Source: Piedraia hortae CBS 480.64
Taxonomy: Eukaryota
Length of the DNA stretch: 64,000 bases
Reading direction: 5' to 3'
NCBI GenBank assembly: GCA_010093745.1
Contig: MU005968.1
Location: 1 to 64,000, forward strand
The first letter of the stretch is position 1. Every line of letters starts with the position of its first letter. Positions 12,657 to 23,190 of this stretch are shown here, piece by piece. A program made the translations under genes and the position numbers. The notes beneath the pieces were generated by a model, which saw nothing but the letters and a program-made list of their open reading frames with translations, had not been told where the DNA came from and did no database searches.

Positions 12657-14078
12657 TCACCTCTCTCCAATCCCCTCCCTTCCTCCCCTCTCTGCCTGCT
12701 CCAACACACGTCTATACCCCTCAAGTTCCGCCTTCCGTCCCGCATCCCTCTGCCTCTCCAATCTCTCGATTCCCCTCGTAACATGTTCAATATGCACCTC
12801 AAGCGGGACCTTATCGCCCAGCACCTCTGGCATCGCAACCCTCTCCCTCAGATCCTCAAGTCCATCCCTCATAGCCTGCAACTTCACAATCGTAGTCGTG
12901 ATATGCGCCCACGCAAGCCTCTTATATGCGCCCACCTGATTCAACAAATCAATCTGTTCAGCAAACTTAGCTTTCTGCGACCGATTCCCCCCAAGTTTCG
13001 TCCACAGGAGGGCGAAGAGTTCCTCTTTACTCTCCTTCACGCGCACCCCGTCGCGGGTAGCGATGTTAGCAATGTCATCCAGGCGGGAGTCGAGGTGATC
13101 CAACATTCCCAACAGCGCCTGCGCCTCTGTGATGAGGGATGTAATCTGGTCTTCTACCGCGGAAGTGTGGCGGAGGTATTGGTCTAGGATCGTGCTTTCG
13201 GTGGCGGGGGCAAAGGGGTTGATGGAGTCACTCCAACGAGCGACTGCTCCACGGGAGAGTTGTTTTGTTTTGTAATCGTCGATTACAGAGAGGGTCCATT
13301 TGCTTGTGCTTACGATGTGGTCGACGGCACGGCCGATGCGGGAGTTGAAGGTTCCGAGGTCGTGGCTTGCTTGGCGTGCTGTGTCGATGAAGGCAGTGAA
13401 TTCAAAGACGAGTTCGTTGCGGGAGGGGAGGATGCTGTATTGCACGACGTGTTTGAGGTCGCGGATGCCGGCCTCGCTGCGTTTCATGTCCATGGGTAAG
13501 GTTGCGCCGACTTGCGTCGAGGCGAGAATGTCCTCAAATTGGGTCTGGGTTTCGACCAGTTTGTCGAATTCGGCAGGGCCATGGCGGAGGGTTTGAGGAC
13601 AGAAGGGGAGATGGAGGTGCGATACGCCGGGGAAGTGGCAGATGGGTGCGAGGGCGGTGTTGACGCTTTTGGTGAGGAAACCGGCAGCAAAGGCAAAGCC
13701 GGTGATCAAGAGGTAGAGGAGGATTGCGTAGCCGAGAACGGGCTTCGCGTAGTGGAGTGCGAGTCCGAGGACGTCCAGGAGGTAGGTTATCACGGGCTGG
13801 ATGGCGGTTCCCCAGAGGGAGGATTCGTTGCGGGCTTGGCGCTTAAACGTTCCCGCATCGCTAGTCATGGATCGCTGGTTAAGCCTCTGACGCGGTGTTT
13901 TGGCTCGTACGGCCGCGTCTGATTGATGGTGGACTCGCAAACGGGGTTTGGAGGCGCGCATATGTGGTGCGGCATCGGGAGAGGGAGGCATCTGAAGCCC
14001 CGGAGACGGAGGCCCAGATCTGTCATACTCTTCATCGTTGACAGAGTCCCATGAATCGCTTAGCCTGCTGCGGCGCAT
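12657..14078 (-). CDS. Hypothetical membrane-anchored coiled-coil protein, 473 aa
   Basis: Long ORF with a hydrophobic segment (VLGYAILLYLLITGFAFAAGFL), a CHFPG..LPFC motif and a heptad-rich C-terminal half. No named family recognised. Confidence 0.8.
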   Translation of the reverse strand: MRRSRLSDSWDSVNDEEYDRSGPPSPGLQMPPSPDAAPHMRASKPRLRVHHQSDAAVRAKTPRQRLNQRSMTSDAGTFKRQARNESSLWGTAIQPVITYLLDVLGLALHYAKPVLGYAILLYLLITGFAFAAGFLTKSVNTALAPICHFPGVSHLHLPFCPQTLRHGPAEFDKLVETQTQFEDILASTQVGATLPMDMKRSEAGIRDLKHVVQYSILPSRNELVFEFTAFIDTARQASHDLGTFNSRIGRAVDHIVSTSKWTLSVIDDYKTKQLSRGAVARWSDSINPFAPATESTILDQYLRHTSAVEDQITSLITEAQALLGMLDHLDSRLDDIANIATRDGVRVKESKEELFALLWTKLGGNRSQKAKFAEQIDLLNQVGAYKRLAWAHITTTIVKLQAMRDGLEDLRERVAMPEVLGDKVPLEVHIEHVTRGIERLERQRDAGRKAELEGYRRVLEQAERGGREGIGER

Positions 14079-14199
14079 TTTTGTTTTTGATCAAGCCCTG
14101 CTGCAGGCGTCATCATGCCCGGCGGTGTGACTGTTTACTGTGGAATGCGTTTGATTGGTCCATGACTGACGCACAGACGCACTTTGATATAAGACAATT

Positions 14200-15201
14200 T
14201 TACAACTTCTGCGTCCGTTGTGGCACTTTGACAACAACTTTGCCCCACGTATTCCTAGACCCCAGAGCTTTCAACGCGTCCGGCACGCTTCCCAAGCCAA
14301 CGTATTCTTTATCAGTGTAGTTTGTCCCAACAACCTTTTTGCTCTCAAACAGTTTGAACAACTCGTTCCAGACGTGTTCGACCGTTTCCGGTTCGTGAAC
14401 AGCATAAGCACCCCAGTGCAGGCCGATGACGGAGATGTTTTTCAGCAGAATCTTGTTCGTCGCCATCTTCTCAATTGATCCGCCTGTGTATCCAATAACA
14501 AGCAAACGACCGTTCCAGGCAATGCACTTTGTGGATTTGTCAATCAGCCCAACGGGATCGTAGACAATGTCTACGCCGCGTTTGTTCGGCGTCAGATCCT
14601 TGACACGCAATGGCCATGATTCGTCTCGATAGTCAATGACATGATCAGCACCGAATCGTTTAGCGATTTCGAGCTTATGAGGTGATCCAGCCGTGGCAAC
14701 CACCGTGGCTCCCAGGGCTTTGGCGATCTGCACTGCAGCGAGTCCTACCCCTCCGGCTGCTGCATGGACTAGAACCCAATCGCCTGCCTTGACATTACAA
14801 CGGGTTACGAGGCCGCCATATGAGGTCGGCATGGTGACAAAAAGCCCAGCAGCATCGAAACAGTCCCATCCTTTTGGAACAGGCCTGAGCTGCTCTTCCT
14901 TGGCGCATACCTTGGTGGCATAGCCACCTTGAGCTGCGCCAAAAACGAGGTCACCAACTCGGAATTTTGAATTCTTGTGCGGAGTTGCAACGATTTCTCC
15001 ACTAAACTCGGAGCCAGACACCCATGGAAGGGGCGGTTGGTGCTGGTATTTGCCCTGAATCTGCAGCAGATCAAAGAAGTTGGTGGCTGCTGCATGGATG
15101 GCTATAGTATATTGGTCTGGGCCCGGAACTGGATCAGGCAATTCCTTTACCTGCAGCTCAGATGGGCCAGACACATATTTTTCTACCTGGATTCCGTGCA
15201 T
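14200..15201 (-). CDS. NADPH:quinone oxidoreductase (zeta-crystallin-like, MDR family)
   Basis: NFFDLLQIQGKYQ, VLVHAAAGGVGLAAVQIA, GVDIVYDPVG. C-terminus QKL is PTS1-like. Confidence 0.92.
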   Translation of the reverse strand: MHGIQVEKYVSGPSELQVKELPDPVPGPDQYTIAIHAAATNFFDLLQIQGKYQHQPPLPWVSGSEFSGEIVATPHKNSKFRVGDLVFGAAQGGYATKVCAKEEQLRPVPKGWDCFDAAGLFVTMPTSYGGLVTRCNVKAGDWVLVHAAAGGVGLAAVQIAKALGATVVATAGSPHKLEIAKRFGADHVIDYRDESWPLRVKDLTPNKRGVDIVYDPVGLIDKSTKCIAWNGRLLVIGYTGGSIEKMATNKILLKNISVIGLHWGAYAVHEPETVEHVWNELFKLFESKKVVGTNYTDKEYVGLGSVPDALKALGSRNTWGKVVVKVPQRTQKL

Positions 15202-15372
15202 TGCGTGAGCCCTGGCCGACGCCTCGGCATTGTGAGCCCTGAAGAAGCAATGTGCTTAGTCATTCCAAGCGGGGAGTGATAAATCAGGTTAGTGCTGCAT
15301 GTCACCACGCTAACCAGGTTCGACAGCCAGACTGCGGTTTTTTCGACATCATCAAACAACTGCAACGCAACC

Positions 15373-16514
15373 ATGGCCGACAACGGCGACGAGGAGACTC
15401 AGATTACGATTCAAATCAAGTACTCGGGCGAGAATAAGCACAGCCTGACTTTGCCGCTGAGCACGACTATTGGCAGCCTGAAGCAGACGCTGAGTACCTC
15501 GGATTATGCCGACATCCCAGTTGAGCGGCAGCGACTAATCTATAGCGGTCGTGTGTTGAAGGATGACGACACGCTAGATAGCTGCAAGGTCAAGGATGGC
15601 AATACAGTTCATCTTGTCAAGGGCGCTGAGAGCAATCTGCGCCAGAATCCGGCTGCCAGCTCCGCTGTACCGTCCAACATCGCCGCGGGAACGGGGGCAG
15701 GGAACCCTTTGGCCCAGCTTACGGGTGCGCGCTATGCCGGCTTCCATGGATTACCGGGTCGCGACGCATTTGGGGCGGATGGTGGAATGGGTGCGCCGCC
15801 GAACCCGGACCAAATGCTCCGAATGCTTGAAGATCCCGCCCTTGCACAACAGATGAACGAGGCCATAAACAATCCTGCTGTTCTCGAAATGCTCCGCAAT
15901 ACCCCCATGATTCGTAATAACCCTATGGCACGGGCGGCCATTGAGGATCCGGAGCTGCGACGGATGATGGTAAGTATTGCATACAGTATCTAAAGAATTT
16001 CTAACATTTGCAGATGAGTCCCGGCATGATTCGCATGCAGCTACAAATGCAGCGGGCCATGGGCCAGGGCGGCGAGGCTTTCCCCATGCCTGGCGAGACT
16101 GACACTACAGAGTCGCAGCATACAAGAAGCGGGCAGCCGTCGGGCCACCCCACTTCTGCTCCGAGTCCTTTTGGCTCGTCATCGGGAGCAAGGGAAGGTG
16201 CACAAGGTAATCGTGCCAACCCGATAGCGGCGTTTGCGCAACAGGCGATGCATAACCCGCGGATGTTGCAGCAGTTACAGCAGCTACAGCAGATGCAGCA
16301 GATGCAGCAGATGATGGGCTCGTCGGACCGGGCACCGTCGCCTTTTGGGCATGCACCCGCCGACGAGCGACCGCCCGAAGAGCGCTACGAGAGTCAGCTG
16401 CGTCAGCTCAACGACATGGGCTTCTTTGAATTTGAGCGAAACGTCCAGGCACTGCGCCGGAGCGGAGGCAGCGTCCAGGGCGCAGTAGAGTACCTTTTAT
16501 CCGAGGGGCAGTAG
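15373..16514 (+). CDS. DSK2: Ubiquilin/Dsk2 (UBL-STI1-UBA); 2 exons
   Basis: UBL QRLIYSGRVLKDDDTL; M/N/P-rich STI1 region; UBA PPEERYESQLRQLNDMGF...GSVQGAVEYLL. Intron 15970-16013 (GTAAGT...CTAAC...CAG). Confidence 0.95.
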
Positions 16515-16833
16515 TGGGATAATAGATCTTTGCTATGATGATATCTGAAATACCCGATATGGATTCATAACCGTCTATAACAATGCCAAGACCATGACAC
16601 CTATGCCAAGACAGTGGTCCAGTGCCAAGGCCACCATCGGAAAGTGTTCCAATGAATACAAAAATCGCCAAACCAAAACTCACCATGCATGAAAGATCAG
16701 ATCATCACCCTTCGTAGTACGCAAGTGTCCCAGCTAAGACCCATGTCTCACCCACGCACCCATCCAAGACACATTCCCGCAAACAACCCTCTCATGATCC
16801 AAAAGCCCGCCCAAATCCCAGGTGGATATCATC

Positions 16834-18396
16834 ATGCGAACCCGAACACGAAGCCAAGGCTACCTTCCCCCGGGTTGTCCCAGCTCACCAAAGCGAATAT
16901 CCAAAAAACACCTCTTTACCAAATTCCTCACCAAATTCCGATCGGGGGCCAAGACGCGCAGATCATCCAGCCACCGTGATGGCAATGTCCCTCAACCTAC
17001 CACCTACCCCGACGAAGAAGATGATAAGCCCATGAAAGGAATGCAATGTCGCTGCATTCTGCACACACAGCAGCAGCCTCTCCAAGATGAACTACCACCC
17101 GTCCCTCTCAAAGATGAACAACTACCCGAGAGGGAAACCCTAGTATTAAGGACAAGAGAGGTGAATCGTCTCCTCACAGCGCTCGCGAACGCGCCTCTTC
17201 TCCAGCGAAATGTTTCCCGCGCGAGCTGGGAGGGGAGTTCAGACTCCCTTCGGGAACAATCACCACGACAGAAATATGCGGAGCCGCTTACGACCGAGAA
17301 ATTTGCGGACTTCTCGTCCACGCGACGAAGACCGAGACAGCAACCACGACGCAAACCGAAGTCGGAGCAGAAGCACGAGGAGGGAAAGACTCAACCCCCA
17401 CAAGAAAAATCCTTCATCGGCGCAGCACTCATATCGCCTCTAATATCCGGCGCGCCCGTCCTCTTCACCTCACAAGACTACACTCTCGGCAAAAACACCA
17501 TCGCCGTTGGGGAATGTACCTTTCTCAATGTCCCCTATGCCGCGTCCGGGGCGGGGGTGTTGCGCGTTGAGCCGCCTTCTCCGTCGCCATCATTATCGCC
17601 GTTGTCAAAAGAGGGTGGGATTCTATCCCCTCGAAGGGATTCCACTTCGCCGAAGGAGGGGGTTTCCGCAAGGATTGCATTCACGTCTACTCAAAGGGCT
17701 TCTCAGGACTTCCTCCCACCCCCAAAGGCTTCTCCAGCATCTCAGAACCGCATTTCCGGGAGTGTGAAAATTACGTATCAATTGCTCACCCCGCTTCTTT
17801 CTACGCGCGGGAAGAGGGTCTACCTCCTCGCGGTGGAGGTGGATGTTACGGACTACTTTCTTCGCGCGGTTCTTGATGAGCTTCGTCTTCGGGATTACAT
17901 TCCTGTCCTGGAGGATAGCAAGGAGGAAGTAGGGGATGTGGATTGGAGTAGCGCCGCTACCTCCGCAAGGAAGATTTCACTTGTAACCGATACCGTGGAG
18001 AACGTTGCGGGGGATTTTAGGCATCTAACTGTCGGTGACACGGCGGGGGAGACGATTACACTGCTAAAGGAGCTGGGGACTTTGAGGGATCATTACAGAG
18101 ATGTGGTTGTGGTCGTGGCGAGGGGATGGCACGATAACGGCATCCCCAGAGGCCTCGCCGCGCCGTGGGTTTCGACCAGCTTAGCCCTTTACGAGGACCT
18201 GGGAAAGTTGAAGAGAAAGGTCATCACATCCGTTGCTTCACACCTAGCCACGGGGGGGAGTTCCCCGACAAAAATCCGCCTGAACTACGCAACGAAAAAA
18301 ATCCTAATCATCCCTCTAATCCAAGGCGAGAGCAAAGCAGGTGTATGGACATGTTTCCTCACCGACACACCACCATCTACAAATTTTGAATCATAA
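16834..18396 (+). CDS. Degenerate LOV/PAS-domain protein related to fungal RGS-LOV proteins, without RGS
   Basis: [29 protein letters not shown] and [25 protein letters not shown] match the LOV/PAC pattern. C-terminal TKIRL...[19 protein letters not shown] resembles the RGS-LOV C-terminal domain. Confidence 0.65.
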   Translation: MRTRTRSQGYLPPGCPSSPKRISKKHLFTKFLTKFRSGAKTRRSSSHRDGNVPQPTTYPDEEDDKPMKGMQCRCILHTQQQPLQDELPPVPLKDEQLPERETLVLRTREVNRLLTALANAPLLQRNVSRASWEGSSDSLREQSPRQKYAEPLTTEKFADFSSTRRRPRQQPRRKPKSEQKHEEGKTQPPQEKSFIGAALISPLISGAPVLFTSQDYTLGKNTIAVGECTFLNVPYAASGAGVLRVEPPSPSPSLSPLSKEGGILSPRRDSTSPKEGVSARIAFTSTQRASQDFLPPPKASPASQNRISGSVKITYQLLTPLLSTRGKRVYLLAVEVDVTDYFLRAVLDELRLRDYIPVLEDSKEEVGDVDWSSAATSARKISLVTDTVENVAGDFRHLTVGDTAGETITLLKELGTLRDHYRDVVVVVARGWHDNGIPRGLAAPWVSTSLALYEDLGKLKRKVITSVASHLATGGSSPTKIRLNYATKKILIIPLIQGESKAGVWTCFLTDTPPSTNFES

Positions 18397-19480
18397 CCTT
18401 AATCCCCCCCCTCTTTACATCCGCCGCAACCTCAAACGCCTCCTTTGCCTCTTCCAGTTTGAACCTATGCGTAACCAACCTCCTCAAATCCACGATACCT
18501 CCCCTCATCAGTCTAATCGCTTTCGGCCATGTATTCGCATATCGATACTGAAACTGCAAGTCCACCTCCCTCGTACTGAGCCTCATGAATGGCACCTTGA
18601 TCTCCTCCTTGCCCACCCCAATAACAAAAACCTTCCCCCCAAACCTAACCGCTTGAATCGCCCCCGCAATCGACGCCTCAACGCCCGTACACTCCATGAC
18701 CAGATCCGGCTCAACACCCATCAACTGTTTCACCTCCTCCGCAAACTCCTCCACCGTCCCCGGCTTCACCAACAACGTCCTAACCCCAGACGCAAACTCC
18801 CTCGCGAAGCGAAGCCTCCCTTCATCCACGTCGGTGATCAGAACCGGCTCCGCGCCCGCCGCCCTCGCACACGCAAGTGTAACCAACCCAATCGGCCCCG
18901 CGCCACAAATCATGACCACGTCCCCCAGCGCGAGCTGTGCTCGCTTCAGCCCAGCGAGGGCGACGCTCAGCGGTTCGAGCAACGCGCCTTGTTCGAAACT
19001 CAGGTCCCCAATCTTATGACACCACTTCGCGTGGTGGGCTACGTAGCGTCTCAACAAGCCCGGGATGGGGGGTGTGCTTCTAAACTCGACCTTCTCGCAC
19101 CCGTTATACCGGCCCGTGAGACAAGGAGTGCATTCCCCGCAGATGATGTTCGGTTCGATGGCGACGCGGTCACCGGGCTGGTGGGTTACCACGGAGGGGT
19201 GCACGGCGATGACTTCGCCTGCGGACTCGTGGCCCAAGATGTGGGGGGAGGAGACCACCATGGGCCCGATCCGGCCCGACTTCCAGAAGTGCACGTCGCT
19301 GCCGCATATTCCGGTTGATTTGACTGAGACGAGAATTTCTCCCGCTGAGAGGGCTGGGGTCGGGGTGGGGGAGAGGTAGAGGTCGTGGGTGGGGGTCGTG
19401 AAGACGCCGAGGTTGTCATTGTTGGTGGTGGAGGGGTGAGTCTTGGAAGAAGTGGTGTGGGGGGTTTCCTCGTTGGACAT
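18377..19480 (-). CDS. ladA: L-arabinitol 4-dehydrogenase (Zn-dependent MDR)
   Basis: [24 protein letters not shown], structural-Zn C..C..C.......[36 protein letters not shown]. Confidence 0.9.
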   Translation of the reverse strand: MSNEETPHTTSSKTHPSTTNNDNLGVFTTPTHDLYLSPTPTPALSAGEILVSVKSTGICGSDVHFWKSGRIGPMVVSSPHILGHESAGEVIAVHPSVVTHQPGDRVAIEPNIICGECTPCLTGRYNGCEKVEFRSTPPIPGLLRRYVAHHAKWCHKIGDLSFEQGALLEPLSVALAGLKRAQLALGDVVMICGAGPIGLVTLACARAAGAEPVLITDVDEGRLRFAREFASGVRTLLVKPGTVEEFAEEVKQLMGVEPDLVMECTGVEASIAGAIQAVRFGGKVFVIGVGKEEIKVPFMRLSTREVDLQFQYRYANTWPKAIRLMRGGIVDLRRLVTHRFKLEEAKEAFEVAADVKRGGIKVMIQNL

Positions 19481-19901
19481 GGTTTTGGTTTGGCCAAAGG
19501 GGAGGGGGTTTGGGATAGTTGACTCCCTTCGGCTTACGGGATTGGGATTCCCGTCCCCGCTTCGTCGTCATTCGTACGATGGTTCGGTCGTCCGCACCGC
19601 CATTGATGACGTTGCGGGATGATATCCATGAGATCTCCCCGCCGGGGTGGATGCCTTTGTTGACCTGCTCTGGTTAGGTGTTGATGAGTGGGCTGGTTTA
19701 GGATGGAAGTACCTTCCGTCGCCGCCAAAAGTAGACGCACGAAATGCAAAATGCATGCACGTGGCTGGGGAAAACGGCCAAGATGAATAAGATGCAGTTG
19801 AGCGCTACATCTGGGCCGACGCCGCATAGTATGAGGACGGTCAGTGGAGGGAAGAATATGTTGACTACGGTCAGGACGAGGCGGTATAGAAGCCCCTTCA
19901 T
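19416..19901 (-). CDS. Pmp3/YqaE proteolipid-family membrane protein; 2 exons
   Basis: NIFFPPLTV...CG...[14 protein letters not shown]. Intron 19711-19665 (GTACTT...CTAAC...CAG) gives [13 protein letters not shown]...VINGGA. The spliced frame ends at TGA 19418-19416, inside ladA. Confidence 0.75.
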
Positions 19902-19997
19902 TGTGATTGTCGTTCTACATTGGAAAAAGTGGGAAAAGTTGGCCCTTGGATGGAAGATCCCGGACGTTAGTTAATTGTAAAATACTTGATACAAAAG

Positions 19998-21468
19998 TCA
20001 GCTTGCGGCCTGTTCTTTCGTCGGACTCAACGCTCCAGAATCTCTTCGAAGCTCTTCTGGTGGGATTTGCGTCCGGCTGGGGTTCCGCGGTGGGAGCTTT
20101 GGCGGGACTCGCTTGGGGACGCTTACGAGACGCGGTCGGGAGACTGTTGGCTGCTGCACGGCTTCTACGATTTCCACTTCTGGTTCCGATTCCAAGTCAG
20201 AGTCCGATGGTGGGATGGGTGCGGGCTGGATGGGTTCGAGCGCAATGTCCCTTTCGCCTTCGTCTTCCTGTAGAGGCGAAACGGGACTGACTTCTTCGTC
20301 GACTTCTGCGTGGGGACTGATGGCTGACGCCGGCTCACGCTGGGTGAAGACGCTGGTTTGACTCGCTCCGCGACTGTGCCGTGCGAGGTTGGTCTGCACA
20401 CTCACCATACTGCCGCGACGCGGTCTCAGAATGCTGCTGATGCTGCTCTTCCGGCTGATTGCTGACGGCGGCTCCGTCTGCGTGCCGGCCGATGTCTTCT
20501 TGGACTCTTGGTCTAGGCTTAGTCGGCCGAGCATGTTGAACCAGCTCATGCGATTGTTGGGGCCCATGGACCGACGCTGCGGGTAGTATAGTGCATGGGC
20601 CGGGCTGGTTGGGCTCGGCTGGAAGCTGAATTGCTCCCAGCTGGCTCGTTTGTTCGTACCGGCTTCCTTTAGGCTGAAGCCTTCCTTCTCCAGCGCCAGG
20701 ACCCCGTACGGATCCGGGTCTTGTCGGTCTGGGATGCCAAAGAGGTGGCCGTCGTCCACGACGCTGTCGCCGGGACTGGGCTCCGAGGGGATGACGTCTC
20801 TGTGAGCATCCTCATCACCTTGAGCCGCCCTTAGCGTCTCCATGAACGGCCTCAGCGTATGAGGTGGACGACGAGCGAGCAACTCCTCTACTGGGATCTT
20901 CTCCTTGTAAAACCGCTCGTTCTCGTCCTCTCTCACCTCGATTACCGTGCCCTCAATCTGCACTTTGGCTTCGAATTTCCGGCTCTTTAGCCGTATTGAA
21001 CCTGGCGTCTCTGCCCCCAGCGTACACTTGGCCTTGGCGAGGGCAGCCGCATCGTCGACGGCCACAACACAGTCGTACACTTCTACGCCGGGCAGGAAAC
21101 CCAGACCAGCAGCATGCACCTGGACAGCCAGAGGGGCCGACCAGGAGCCGTCGTCCAATCGACCAACGACAATCCCCGACCCCGTGACGCCGCCGGCTGC
21201 CACTACGGTGCGTGTGATGCTGAAAATGGCCAGACCCCCGGCATTTCTGACCGTGTCCCCGGTAATGTACTTGGGGGTAGTGTCTCCCTCGACGTGGAAG
21301 CCATCAACTGTGCATGTCAGATGGAGCTAAAATATAGTATCGAATTTTCTTACTACAGAAACTGCGCAGTATTCGGGCTGCCTTGTCGCATTCTCTATCT
21401 AGCCCAGTCGGCGCGAATGGGTTCGTGGAGTCTCGTTTCTTCTTCACCCTCTCCCACCACTGAGACAT
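19998..21468 (-). CDS. Ysc84/SYLF actin-binding-domain protein; 2 exons
   Basis: Exon 1 MSQWWE...PTGLDRECDKAARILRSFC. Intron 21353-21308. Exon 2 DGF...GLAIFS...GSGIVVGRLDDGSWSAP, then a disordered Pro-rich tail (PPKLPPR). Confidence 0.85.
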
Positions 21469-21650
21469 TTGGTGGATGAAAGGTGCCCCGCCCCCTTTCT
21501 TGCAGGGAGTTGTATATCTCGGAGACTTTTTTGCAATCTAACTCTTTGCCGAAGGTTTCGATTCGCTGCAGGACCTGACCACTGATGCTTGCTTTCATCA
21601 CCTGCTTGGACGGTTAAGGCGCGGGCCGGCCCATGTGACGTATGTAGCCC

Positions 21651-21900
21651 TAGCGCGCCACTGATTCGTCATTCCGCAAAGCGATTGTGCGGAGATGTTC
21701 CGAATGCGGCCGTGACAGAAGTCTGGGCACTGCCGGGCTTTCCCCGCATTCGAACGAACGTCCTCCGGCTTATTTTCGTGTTTAAGCCGAGGACTGCTCC
21801 GTCTGAGACGGTTCTATTTGTGGACGGGTGGTATAAATCATGGCTCGTGTCCGCCTTCAGAGGGCACAAAATTCGAGTAGCCTTCGTACAAAATGCGCTA
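21651..21900 (+). ncRNA. Candidate structured non-coding RNA, ~250 nt, family unidentified
   Basis: Terminal stem TAGCGCG/TGCGCTA encloses six hairpins. Wobble pairs favour the + strand. No known family motif recognised. Confidence 0.45.
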
Positions 21901-22125
21901 TCAAACCCTCGCTCTCCTGCTCCAAATCAACGAATCCAAACGTGACAAGGCCCGGCATGCTCAAGCGTCCAACAGACTGACCACCGTTACGTCTGCCTCT
22001 TCGACGCGACCAACTTCTTACAACACAAGAGACCTTTCCTACTCAAAAGACTTGAAGGCCGGTCGTTGAATTTTCAATCATGATTCGGGGATATCAAGGG
22101 GATATATTGATGGCAACGTTTCAGC

Positions 22126-22855
22126 CTACAAAGGCTTCAGGTGACAGCCAAGTGACCCACGGCCGCCCCAATCGCTCTTGGGTGTGATCATCACATCCTC
22201 CTTCTTGTCCATCCTCATAATCTTGACCACGATCGCCACGTTGGGAGGATTCTTCATGACTTCAGCCTGGATCAGCTTGAATTTGTCCGCCTTCGTCCAG
22301 TCCACGGAACCGAATGCGGTGACCTTATCGCCAACTTTCAGTCCCGCTGCAGCCGCCGGCCCTCCTTCTGACACCTCATCAACCACCGCAAAGGGGATGT
22401 CCGCATCCGAGTGACCGTTAGTTGTCTCAGAAGGCACGGAACCATGCGCGGCAGCTGCTGACGAGGGGACAATTGACTCCGTATCCGTTTCCGAGGCAGT
22501 CTCAGCTGAAGCAAATGCGTCCTCCACAGCTACCTTCAGCTTGTCCATGACCTTCTTGTAGTCATTCTGGAGGCGAATGATGCGCGCGCGGGCGATGCGA
22601 ATCTTGGCCACGTCAATATCCGCGCGTGGGTAGCCCTCAGAGTCCACGAGGGGAGTAGTCATGGTGACATTGTTCTGGTTGTCTGTAAGCAGGGTAGTAT
22701 GTACATAGAGAGGAATATACAGCTTTGAGAACTGAGCCAAGAGCGGTCAGTTCCGCCTCAAGAACCGAACGGCTCGCAATGATGTCCTGGAGCGTCGCCT
22801 TGTCACCGACTTCCTCGTAAGAGGGAGCCGTGGGAGAGTGGATCGACATGGACAT
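22126..22855 (-). CDS. NAS2: 26S proteasome base assembly chaperone Nas2/p27 (PSMD9); 2 exons
   Basis: TPLVDSEGYPRADID...IIRLQND; PDZ domain PFAVVDEV..GGPAAAAGLKVGD; C-terminal WGGRGSLGCHL. Intron 22720-22675. Confidence 0.95.
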
Positions 22856-23190
22856 TGTTGTTGATTGCTGTTTGTTGGGTCTGCAGGTGGGGCAAGTGCG
22901 TTACCCTTGAAATTGTCTGGATAACAGCTCCATTAGATTTCAAACTACTCGTGGTTGCTGTCTACCCTGACGTTTGTGAAAGTCTCATGTACGTGCAACA
23001 TGACGTCACAGCCGTCAGATCTGACAACTGCCCATCTGATAACACGGTAGAACGGATGTCTCCTGCGCAAACCAAGCTCGATCAGGAAATGATGAGGTCA
23101 AAGCCCTGATCGACGATGAAGGCAATGATGTAAGCTATATAGCGCTTGGGCTTTGCCACTCTGCCCTTCTATCTCTCCCCCCTCAACATC

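Noticed and set aside
12590..12780. C-rich tract with G-quadruplex potential on the minus strand
   Set aside because: Largely explained by the local purine/G skew of the coding strand. No independent support.
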